Source: an uncultured Candidatus Saccharibacteria bacterium (GTDB lineage: Bacteria; Patescibacteriota; Dojkabacteria; SC72). Taken from it: a stretch of 49,928 bases of DNA. Of the stretch, positions 7,471-15,877 are shown piece after piece (the stretch's first letter is position 1; each line of letters starts with the position of its first letter). The stretch spans positions 1-49,928 of the forward strand of contig CAYVNA010000003.1 in NCBI GenBank assembly GCA_964452735.1. Direction: 5' to 3'. The notes beneath the pieces were generated by a model, which worked only from the letters and a program-made list of their open reading frames with translations, ran no database searches and had not been told where the DNA came from. The position numbers and the translations under genes are program-made.

Positions 7471-8613
7471 ATGGGAAAGGTTTATTCTGTTAAAAATGAT
7501 GGGAATTTTAAATTAGGTAATACGAAGAAGCTAAATATTAGTGGTGAAGAGATTGTTAATAACATGAAGAGGGTTGAAATAGACTTGTCTCCAAGACTGA
7601 TACTTTTCTGTCTTCTTCTTCTAGGGTTTTTCTTCTACTCTAAACAGCTTCTCGCAATTGTCATGTTCATATTCCTAGCATTTGTTATTATGTCAACTAT
7701 GAGGCCTGTTGTTTCTTGGTTAACAGGTAGAAAGATTCCAAAAACATGGGCTGTGGGCATTGCTTATCTTGTCTTCTTTATTCTAATTCAGACAGTTCTT
7801 GTTCTAGTCTTTGTTCCTTTTGTTAACCAGTTAGCAAGTTTAGTTGCTGTGATACCAAAGTGGGTAGATGATTTGCTCTTCTACATTAAAGACATTACCT
7901 TTGCTGGATATTCAGTGGATATCAATATTGTTAGTGAGTACATTACAGATTTCATAAAGACATTCCCAACAGCAGATAATTTCAAGAATGTTGCAAATTT
8001 CCTGTCCGATATGTTTGGTACAGGTGCATTCCTTCTCACAAGTATTGTTTTCTCAATATATCTTGTTTCAGAGCATGATACTTTTGCAGATGTTCTTCTC
8101 CTTAGGATTATCTCTGATGAAAAGAGGGAAAGGGTTCGAAAACTAGTTTTTGATGTAGAGAGAAAACTTGGTAGCTGGGTTCTTGGACAGGCCTTTGTTA
8201 GTACCTTATCTGCAACATTCTGTGGTATTGTCCTATATATCCTTGGTGTCCCCTTTGCACTTTCTTTAGCAATCATAACAGGACTCCTTGGAGTTATACC
8301 TAATGTGGGAACTAGTCTTGCCGGAATAATAATGGGTCTAGTAGCTCTCCTTACAGAGGGTCCTGTTAGCGCATTAATTATTGTTAGTGCCTTTGTCTTG
8401 TATCAGCCTCTTGAGAACTCCGTAATAATACCGAAGGTAATGGGTGATGCTGTAGGTTTGAAACCTGTTGTTGTTTTGTTAGGTGTTATGATCTTCCTCA
8501 TAATGTTTGGAGTCGGTGGTGGTTTCGTCGCTGTCCCAATAATGGTCATAATGAAAATAATGTATGAATTCTATATAGACTTGCAAAAACTTAAGGCTAA
8601 AGGTATTGTTTAG
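7471..8613 (+). CDS. AI-2E (PerM/UPF0118) family transporter
   Basis: 380 aa, polytopic, with typical C-terminal blocks LSLAIITGLLGVIPNVGTSLAG and YQPLENSVIIPKVMG. Confidence 0.8.
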   Translation: MGKVYSVKNDGNFKLGNTKKLNISGEEIVNNMKRVEIDLSPRLILFCLLLLGFFFYSKQLLAIVMFIFLAFVIMSTMRPVVSWLTGRKIPKTWAVGIAYLVFFILIQTVLVLVFVPFVNQLASLVAVIPKWVDDLLFYIKDITFAGYSVDINIVSEYITDFIKTFPTADNFKNVANFLSDMFGTGAFLLTSIVFSIYLVSEHDTFADVLLLRIISDEKRERVRKLVFDVERKLGSWVLGQAFVSTLSATFCGIVLYILGVPFALSLAIITGLLGVIPNVGTSLAGIIMGLVALLTEGPVSALIIVSAFVLYQPLENSVIIPKVMGDAVGLKPVVVLLGVMIFLIMFGVGGGFVAVPIMVIMKIMYEFYIDLQKLKAKGIV

Positions 8614-8630
8614 TATATACATCTAAATTT

Positions 8631-11198
8631 TTGACTGCCCTGTTCAAGATGGATAGTAGTGGAATGAAAAAGAATTCTGTTTTCTTTTTTGAAGATTATT
8701 CTTCGAAAGATCTTAACGAGCTAAAGGTTGGGAGAAAGGGTCTTAGCCTTTTCAACTTAAAGGATATGGACGTACCAGTTCCAGAGTTCTTTGTTATTTC
8801 CAGTAGTGTATTTGCCAATTTTTGTTTCCCAACACTAGATACTTCTCAAAAGAAGCTTTTGAACAAGGGAAGGAATCCGGAAGCAGAAGAAATAGCCAAT
8901 ATTTTCTCAAAATCAGATTTTGAGAAAGAAGTAGATGAAGAAATCCTTAGTGCATATACTAGACTATCTGGCTTCACAGATGCTTGGGTCTCGGTTAGGT
9001 CCTCTGTTGTATTTCCAGAAAGGCCAGAAGTTTCTTTCAGCGGGATATTCTCAACGGAATTAAATGTGAGGAAGTTTGATGAATTAAAAATAGCTATCAA
9101 AAGAACATACTCCTCCCTTTTCACAGATGATGTTGTTGCATATGCTTCTAGAATGGGTATTGATTTGGCGGATGTTAAACTTGCTGTGGTCGTGCAGAAG
9201 ATGGTCCAGTCAGAGGTCTCTGGGGTTGTCTTTACTGTTGACCCCATAACGCAGGATAATAGTAAGCTGAGCATTGAAGCAGTATATGGATTAGGTGATG
9301 TAATATCTTTAGGTGAGTTAACTCCTGATTCATATCTTCTAAACAAGAAAGATTTAAGTATTGTTGAAAAACACATTGCACCTCAAGAGTGGATGAAAGT
9401 GAGAACAATGAAAGCTGGCTCTAGAGGTAGTAATGTTGAGAAGATAAAGATATCTTCTAGTTGGAGTCATAGGCAGAAACTTTTTGATAATGATATGCAG
9501 GAAGTTGCTAAGATAGCTTTAATAGTTGAAAACAAGTCTAGACAGATTCAGAATTTAGAGTGGGTTCTCTCTGGAGGAAGGTTTTGGATTCTTCAAAATA
9601 AGCCGTTGTATGACAATGTTTCTAGGGAAAGAGTTGTGACAATGTCCTCCGATATATGTAGGAAGAACCTTCGTGATCTCATTATTGGTTTTGTTGAGAA
9701 GTACAGAGGTGAAAGCATGATAGTTTCCCAAGCAATGTCTGATGCAAAGAAGATGATGAGAAGAGCTGCTAATAGTGATTCTGTGGAGTTAGAGAAACTC
9801 ATAATTGCAGCGAAGACAGAGTCAGTTAAAGAGAAAGACTCTGTTACAACAAATGATTTTGTTGTTTCTGGTATAGGGGCTAGTTTTGGTATTACAACAG
9901 GAAAAATTACGGTTGTTGACACTCCTCTAGAGAAAACCTTTTCTAAGAAAGACATCCTGCTAATAAAGAAATACTCTTCAGAAATGGAATCTATGATCAT
10001 ATCCTCAGGTGGTGTCATTATGGATTCTGGTGGTATAACAAGCGATACAGCAATATTGTGTAGAGAGATAGGAATCCCAGCTGTCGTTGGTACGGGGAAT
10101 GCTTCTGAAGTGCTAAAGACAGGAGATTGGGTAAAGATAGATGGGAATTCCGGTACAATCTATTATGCAGAAAAAGATCTTTCAAAAGAAGAAGTACATC
10201 CTGTGGTAAGTGCATACAGCGAGGGAGATGTAGTTGGTGTTGATCTATTATCTCCAGAAGAAGAACCAAAAGAGAACAAGACGGAGAAGAAAGACATCCT
10301 ATTGCCAAAGAAGGATAATACACTCCCTCCTTCTGCTACGAAAGTTTTCTCGCTAATAGATGGTACTCCGAAAGAAATGTTTGATAATATTGGTAATGCT
10401 CATGGCATTGTATTCTTAGATATAGATAAAATCCTCATAGATGATGGAAAGCATCTATTAGCATATGTGGAGGATAAAGAATTTGTTGACTACTCAAAGA
10501 AGGTAACTGATAAAATAATCGAATACGTAGATCTAGCATGTGGAGATGAAGTAGTGATTTCTCTGGGATCAAGTAAGGTCGGAGAGTTTAGGAAGTTGAG
10601 AAGAGGAAAGGATTTTGAGAATGAATCTATTCCTGATGATATATATGGTGCCTCCCACTATGTCAACAATCCCCAGCTCTTGAAGAGAGTTGCTAAGATA
10701 ATCAAAAGAGTTAGGAATATATATAAGAAAAGGAATGTATCTGTTGGACTACACTCTCCCATGAATGGTGATAATATGAAGGAATTCAAGAAACAGTTAT
10801 CAGGTGAAGGTTTGAAAAGAACTTCCACGTTTAAAATCTATGCCATCATAGATAATCCAGCTGAAGTTATTCTTGCAGATGAGATAATCTCTACAAAAAT
10901 AGATGGCCTCATCCTCAATATGCCCAGAATAGCAAGACAGATGCAAGGATTGAAAATGGATGACTCTAGTGCCAAGTATGATCTAACAAGAAATAGTGTT
11001 TTCAAAGTCATTGATAATATATTGGATATTGCAAAAGGGAAAGCTGATAAAATAATTGTAGTTATTGAGAATAGCAAACCACTACTAAGATACTGTGTAC
11101 AAGCTGGGGTATATGGTGTATCTGTTTCCTCTCAAGATATAATGGAAGCTAGAAGGACTGTCTCTGAAGAGGAAAGCAAAATCATTTTAGGCAAGTAA
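8631..11198 (+). CDS. Phosphoenolpyruvate synthase (PpsA)-like three-domain protein with degenerate catalytic residues
   Basis: 855 aa. The PPDK_N-like part has GRKGLSLFNL, VSVRSSVVFPE, LAVVVQKMV and GLGDVISLGE. The mobile domain reads GGITSDTAILCREIGIPAVVG, where the canonical motif is GGxTSHAAIxAR. A C-terminal TIM-barrel-like part follows. The ORF-track start is TTG at 8631, and the first ATG is at 8649. Confidence 0.75.
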   Translation: MTALFKMDSSGMKKNSVFFFEDYSSKDLNELKVGRKGLSLFNLKDMDVPVPEFFVISSSVFANFCFPTLDTSQKKLLNKGRNPEAEEIANIFSKSDFEKEVDEEILSAYTRLSGFTDAWVSVRSSVVFPERPEVSFSGIFSTELNVRKFDELKIAIKRTYSSLFTDDVVAYASRMGIDLADVKLAVVVQKMVQSEVSGVVFTVDPITQDNSKLSIEAVYGLGDVISLGELTPDSYLLNKKDLSIVEKHIAPQEWMKVRTMKAGSRGSNVEKIKISSSWSHRQKLFDNDMQEVAKIALIVENKSRQIQNLEWVLSGGRFWILQNKPLYDNVSRERVVTMSSDICRKNLRDLIIGFVEKYRGESMIVSQAMSDAKKMMRRAANSDSVELEKLIIAAKTESVKEKDSVTTNDFVVSGIGASFGITTGKITVVDTPLEKTFSKKDILLIKKYSSEMESMIISSGGVIMDSGGITSDTAILCREIGIPAVVGTGNASEVLKTGDWVKIDGNSGTIYYAEKDLSKEEVHPVVSAYSEGDVVGVDLLSPEEEPKENKTEKKDILLPKKDNTLPPSATKVFSLIDGTPKEMFDNIGNAHGIVFLDIDKILIDDGKHLLAYVEDKEFVDYSKKVTDKIIEYVDLACGDEVVISLGSSKVGEFRKLRRGKDFENESIPDDIYGASHYVNNPQLLKRVAKIIKRVRNIYKKRNVSVGLHSPMNGDNMKEFKKQLSGEGLKRTSTFKIYAIIDNPAEVILADEIISTKIDGLILNMPRIARQMQGLKMDDSSAKYDLTRNSVFKVIDNILDIAKGKADKIIVVIENSKPLLRYCVQAGVYGVSVSSQDIMEARRTVSEEESKIILGK

Positions 11199-11203
11199 CC
11201 TGT

Positions 11204-11232
11204 AGTATAACAATAATATTTCATGTTATACT
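11204..11232 (+). promoter_or_regulatory. 9-bp perfect inverted repeat AGTATAACA-N11-TGTTATACT; the right arm doubles as an extended -10 (TGTTATACT) 6 nt upstream of the mutS ATG
   Basis: The arms at 11204-11212 and 11224-11232 were read directly. The ATG is at 11239. Confidence 0.45.
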
Positions 11233-11238
11233 TTCCCA

Positions 11239-13836
11239 ATGAATGATACCCCTATGATGAAACAATATCTGGGTTTCAAAAAACAGTACCCAGGAAAAAT
11301 AGTCCTATTTAGAATGGGAGACTTCTTTGAGACCTTTGGAGACGATGCTAAGACAACATCCAAGGTATTAAACATTACACTAACGAGGAGAGATAAGAAA
11401 AGTAACCCTACTCCATTGGCAGGATTCCCACATAAAGCGATAGAACAGTATCTACCTAAATTAGTAGAAGCTGGCTATTGTGTTGTAATAGTTGATCAGC
11501 TAGAAGATCCTAAACTAGCAAAAGGTATTGTAAAGAGGGGAGTAACGAGAATAGTAACTCCAGGAACATTAGATGGAGAGCAGGCAGATTCTACAAAGGA
11601 CTCCTATCTAGCAGCCATATACGTAGAGAAAAAGATAGTATCTATATCACTCTGTGATATATCCACAGGAAAGTTTCTTCTCCTAAATACCCCATATACT
11701 GAGAATTTCTTAGAAACCATAATCTCTTCATATGAACCCATGGAAGTTCTTCTTCTAGAAGATGAGAAGAATGTTCTTGTTAGAGATCTACCTGTCCAGA
11801 TATTGGAAAAATCACTCAAGAATAATGATTATGCAGAAAAAATAGTAACAGATTTCTATAGAATAAAAAGTCCGAATGCTTTAGATATTGAAAAAGAATC
11901 TCCTGATCTCATATCTGTTGGAATGATACTCAAGTATATCGAAGATACCCAGATGATGGATCCTAAACATATCTCCAAACCAATGAGAATAAATATTAAG
12001 AGGAGAATGACACTTGATCGTTCGACCATTAGGAATCTAGAACTAGTAAGAGGATCATATACAGGAGAGGTTGAAGATTCCCTTTTTAGTATCATAGATC
12101 GAACTTCAACTAGAATGGGACGTAGATTACTCTACTCTTGGGTACTAAATCCTCTAATTGAGAAAAATGAAATAGATTCTCGTTTAGATTTTGTAGAGAT
12201 GATGTTTAAGGATGATGGGAAGTTATATGAAATAAGGAAGGAACTTGAAAATATTAGTGATATTGACAGAATCCTTGGGAAAATAGGTTTAAACAGAGTC
12301 TCTGCAAGGGATCTGAAAGCTCTTGAAATATCCCTTACCTCCTCACTTCTCATTCTTGAGAAATTAGGTGGAAACTTTAAGAAGGATCTTGATACTAAAC
12401 CAATAACTGAGGTCGTATCAACAATCCAAAAAACCATAAATGATGATCCTCCCCTCTCTGTAACAGAGGGTGGAATTATTAAAGCTGGTCTAAATTCGGA
12501 GATTGATAAACTAAGAGATATCTCTGGTACGGGCAAATCCTGGATTAAGGAGTTTGAAGAAAGTGAGAAGAAGAAAACAGGTATACAGAATCTCAAAGTT
12601 AGATTCAATAAAGTTTTTGGATATTATATAGAAATTACAAAGAGCAATCAGGACAAAGTCCCAGAGCGATATATCCGAAAACAAACGTTAGTAAATTGTG
12701 AAAGATATATAACGGAAGAACTGAAGGAGAAGGAAGATTTAATTTTAAATTCTCAGGATAGGCTCTATTCATTAGAATATCATTTATTCGATGAATTCCG
12801 ACAATCCCTTACGAGATATATCTCGGATATGTCAATTCTTTCTAACACAATATCCAATATTGATGTCTTGTGTGGATTTGCATATCTGGCTATAGAGAAT
12901 AAATATACTAGACCAAAACTATATGACATGGGAGAAAAAGATGGACTGATTGAGATTAAAGGAGGGAGGCATCCCATTGTAGAGAGTCTGGTAGAGGAAG
13001 ACTTTATCTCCAATGATACCCTAATGAATATGAAGGACTCCAATATATCCATATTGACGGGTCCGAACATGTCTGGGAAATCTACATATATTAGACAGGT
13101 AGCAACTATAGTTCTCTTAGCACAAATAGGTTCTTTTGTACCTGCTAAGGAAGCAGTTATTTCCATAACAGATAGAATCTTCACCAGAGTTGGAGCCTCA
13201 GATGATCTTTCTAGAGGGAGAAGTACCTTCATGGTCGAAATGGACGAGACTGCAAATATCGTGAATAATGCAACCAAGTTTAGTCTCGTTATCCTTGACG
13301 AGATTGGAAGAGGTACTAGTACATATGATGGTGTTAGTATTGCTTGGGCTCTCTCGGAGTATTTGATAAAAGATATAAAGGCAAGAACACTATTCGCTAC
13401 CCATTATCATGAATTACTCAAGTTAGCTGAAAAATATCCCGAGAAGGTTAAGAATCTAAATGTATTGGTAGAGGAAGATCTTGAGAAAGGTACAGTTACC
13501 TTTTTAAGAAAGATAATCTCAGGTGGAACAGATAGAAGTTATGGAATATATGTAGCGAAGATGGCAGGGCTACCAGAAAAGGTAATAACTAGGGCAAATG
13601 AAATACTCGAAGGATTCGAACAGAGATATATGTTCAACGATGAAGAGAATGTAATACCTGATTTAGGATCTAGACTAAAAGATCAGAAAGTAGAGAAAAC
13701 AAACAATGGATTTCAATATCCTCTATTCTCAGCAAAGGAATCAGAGATAGAAAGGGAGATTCAGAATCTTGATATTGATAACCTTACCCCCATTGAAGCA
13801 CTGAACAAGATATCTGCATGGAAGAAAAGAATCTAA
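11239..13836 (+). CDS. mutS: DNA mismatch repair protein MutS
   Basis: 865 aa with N-terminal TPMMKQY...FYRMGDFFE-type sequence (MGDFFETFGDDA), a Walker A motif GPNMSGKSTYIRQ, DEIGRGTSTYDG, and FATHYHEL. Confidence 0.96.
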   Translation: MNDTPMMKQYLGFKKQYPGKIVLFRMGDFFETFGDDAKTTSKVLNITLTRRDKKSNPTPLAGFPHKAIEQYLPKLVEAGYCVVIVDQLEDPKLAKGIVKRGVTRIVTPGTLDGEQADSTKDSYLAAIYVEKKIVSISLCDISTGKFLLLNTPYTENFLETIISSYEPMEVLLLEDEKNVLVRDLPVQILEKSLKNNDYAEKIVTDFYRIKSPNALDIEKESPDLISVGMILKYIEDTQMMDPKHISKPMRINIKRRMTLDRSTIRNLELVRGSYTGEVEDSLFSIIDRTSTRMGRRLLYSWVLNPLIEKNEIDSRLDFVEMMFKDDGKLYEIRKELENISDIDRILGKIGLNRVSARDLKALEISLTSSLLILEKLGGNFKKDLDTKPITEVVSTIQKTINDDPPLSVTEGGIIKAGLNSEIDKLRDISGTGKSWIKEFEESEKKKTGIQNLKVRFNKVFGYYIEITKSNQDKVPERYIRKQTLVNCERYITEELKEKEDLILNSQDRLYSLEYHLFDEFRQSLTRYISDMSILSNTISNIDVLCGFAYLAIENKYTRPKLYDMGEKDGLIEIKGGRHPIVESLVEEDFISNDTLMNMKDSNISILTGPNMSGKSTYIRQVATIVLLAQIGSFVPAKEAVISITDRIFTRVGASDDLSRGRSTFMVEMDETANIVNNATKFSLVILDEIGRGTSTYDGVSIAWALSEYLIKDIKARTLFATHYHELLKLAEKYPEKVKNLNVLVEEDLEKGTVTFLRKIISGGTDRSYGIYVAKMAGLPEKVITRANEILEGFEQRYMFNDEENVIPDLGSRLKDQKVEKTNNGFQYPLFSAKESEIEREIQNLDIDNLTPIEALNKISAWKKRI

Positions 13837-14477
13837 ATAGATATATAGTATCCTTTTCCATACTTTGACTTTATTATATTCAACCCTGACACATCTCTAA
13901 ACTTCTTTCTTATTCTGCATATAAGAACTCTTAGATAAGTAGTATCCTTTTTAGTATCTAGGACTTGTAGGATTTCTTCTCTCTCTACTATACGATCTGA
14001 ATCAAGGAGGATACATAATATATTTATCTCTTTCTTAGTCATATAAATCTTTGATCCTTTATAGTGCACTATCCCCCTATTGTTCTCAATTTGAATGCCA
14101 TGATAGTTTATATCTCTTAGTAATGTCTTTCTATGGAAGCAATTTCCTATCGTATAGATCAATAAATTATCAGAAAATGGTTCTTCCAAAATATAGTTGG
14201 CGATTTCTCTAAATGCCCGATATCTTTCTTCGTAGATAGAAGAGTCACCTATTAAGAGTATTCCGGTATTGGGGTTTTGTATTTTATACTCCTCTATATT
14301 TAAAAGTATGTATTTATAATGAAGATCTGGAGTTATGTGGATGATTACTATCTCGTACAATCCGTTTATCTTTCTAAAGAAGAGCCTAACATCTAGGTTG
14401 GGGATTTCTCGAAGCTTCTCTAATAGTATGTAATTACTATTTATTAAGATACACTGATGAGTAATAGGTGTTTCCAT
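13833..14477 (-). CDS. OmpR/PhoB-type winged-helix transcriptional regulator with a degenerate (pseudo-)receiver domain
   Basis: 214 aa. The C-terminal Trans_reg_C pattern is LTKKEINILCILL...VEREEIL...TYLRVLICRIRKKF...GKGYYI. The N-terminal REC-like fold lacks the acidic pocket and phospho-Asp: CILINSN, EIVIIHITP, YILEEPF. Confidence 0.7.
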   Translation of the reverse strand: METPITHQCILINSNYILLEKLREIPNLDVRLFFRKINGLYEIVIIHITPDLHYKYILLNIEEYKIQNPNTGILLIGDSSIYEERYRAFREIANYILEEPFSDNLLIYTIGNCFHRKTLLRDINYHGIQIENNRGIVHYKGSKIYMTKKEINILCILLDSDRIVEREEILQVLDTKKDTTYLRVLICRIRKKFRDVSGLNIIKSKYGKGYYISI

Positions 14478-14513
14478 TAAGCATAATATTACGCTTCCAT
14501 CTTTACAGAAAAG

Positions 14514-15806
14514 TTACTGTATCTTCTCTAATACTTCCTCTAGAGAAAGTTTCTCTTGGGAAGAGTCAAGCATGTTTTTCAGTAATACCTTATTCTCCTT
14601 TAGCTCATCCTCTCCAATGATGATTACCCACGGTATATTTGCTTTACTTGCAAATTGAAGTTGCTTTGAAAGTTTGCTAGGTGATAACTGCATGATTGTT
14701 TCAATACTGTTCTCTCTTAAGAACTGTGTTGTCTTGCTAGACTCCTTGTATAAAGAAGTATCCATCATTGTAACAAAAACCTTTGGACCAGATTCGAAAG
14801 TTGGAAGTAGATCATATGTTCTAAGAAAATCTATCATTATTTGATCTCCCCAACCCAAGCCTACTCCAGAGATAGGTTCTGTTCCAAATATCTCTAGTAA
14901 GCTATCATATCTTCCTCCTCCAAGTATCGCCCTAGGATTTTCCTTACTCCCTATGTCATACATTTCAAATACTATCCCTGTGTAATAAAGGAAACCTCTT
15001 ACTATGTAAGGACAAAACTTGATACTTTCCTTATCATCTTCATCCAAAGAATCAAATATCTCTACTAGTTGTTTCGCACCTTTGGACTCAAGGGATAATG
15101 ATCTTAGTTTTTCAATATCCCAGTTTAAATAATCAATTATTGTATCTATTTGGCCATCCTCCAAGCCTAAGTCCTTTAAGTAATTTGGGAAATCATCTTT
15201 GCAAACCTTCAAATAGTTATCTATTGCTTTCGCAACTATGCCTTTCTCCTCCTCACCTAAACCTAGAAGGTTGTCTAAAACATAGTCAAGAAGATATCTG
15301 TTACTAATTCTTAATTCAAACTTATCTTTTGGTACTCCAAATTCTCTCATCACTGCTATTGTATATTGAAGGATCTCAATATCAGCAGTTATTTCCTCTA
15401 CTCCAAAGATGTCTATATTTAATTGGAAGAATTCTCGAGATCTACCCCTCTGAGGTTTCTCATATCTGTAGTATTTGCTAATATTGAACCATCTGATAGG
15501 AGTAACAAGCTCATTCCTTTTTGCTGCAATCATTCTTGCTAATGAAGGAGTCATTTCGGGTCTAAGAGCAACCTCTCTTCCTCCCTTATCTATGAAATTA
15601 TACAATTGAGTATTAGCAATCTCATCTCCAGATTTAACTCTATATATATTTGCGTCCTCAAGCATAGGGGTATCGTACTCCTCATATCCAAAAAGCTTTG
15701 CTACTCTGCTCCATGTCTCAAAGACATAGTTTCGTACTAGCATATCTTTAGGATATGTGTCAGAAGTCCCTTTATATGGTTGTGTAGATAGGGTTGTTTT
15801 ATTCAT
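14514..15806 (-). CDS. hisS: Histidine--tRNA ligase
   Basis: 430 aa with class II motifs including LRPEMTPSLAR, RYEKPQRGRSREFFQ and GGGRYD, plus a C-terminal anticodon-binding domain. Confidence 0.95.
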   Translation of the reverse strand: MNKTTLSTQPYKGTSDTYPKDMLVRNYVFETWSRVAKLFGYEEYDTPMLEDANIYRVKSGDEIANTQLYNFIDKGGREVALRPEMTPSLARMIAAKRNELVTPIRWFNISKYYRYEKPQRGRSREFFQLNIDIFGVEEITADIEILQYTIAVMREFGVPKDKFELRISNRYLLDYVLDNLLGLGEEEKGIVAKAIDNYLKVCKDDFPNYLKDLGLEDGQIDTIIDYLNWDIEKLRSLSLESKGAKQLVEIFDSLDEDDKESIKFCPYIVRGFLYYTGIVFEMYDIGSKENPRAILGGGRYDSLLEIFGTEPISGVGLGWGDQIMIDFLRTYDLLPTFESGPKVFVTMMDTSLYKESSKTTQFLRENSIETIMQLSPSKLSKQLQFASKANIPWVIIIGEDELKENKVLLKNMLDSSQEKLSLEEVLEKIQ

Positions 15807-15811
15807 GACAA

Positions 15812-15819
15812 ATTATATC
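15812..15819 (-). promoter_or_regulatory. -10 box GATATAAT, 5 nt upstream of the hisS ATG
   Basis: The reverse complement of 15812-15819 reads GATATAAT. The spacer TTGTC is followed by the ATG at 15806. Confidence 0.45.
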
Positions 15820-15877
15820 ATAGATAGGGAGTATCATCTGGGTTGAATTAGAAAAATAAATAATATATATTCTTATT

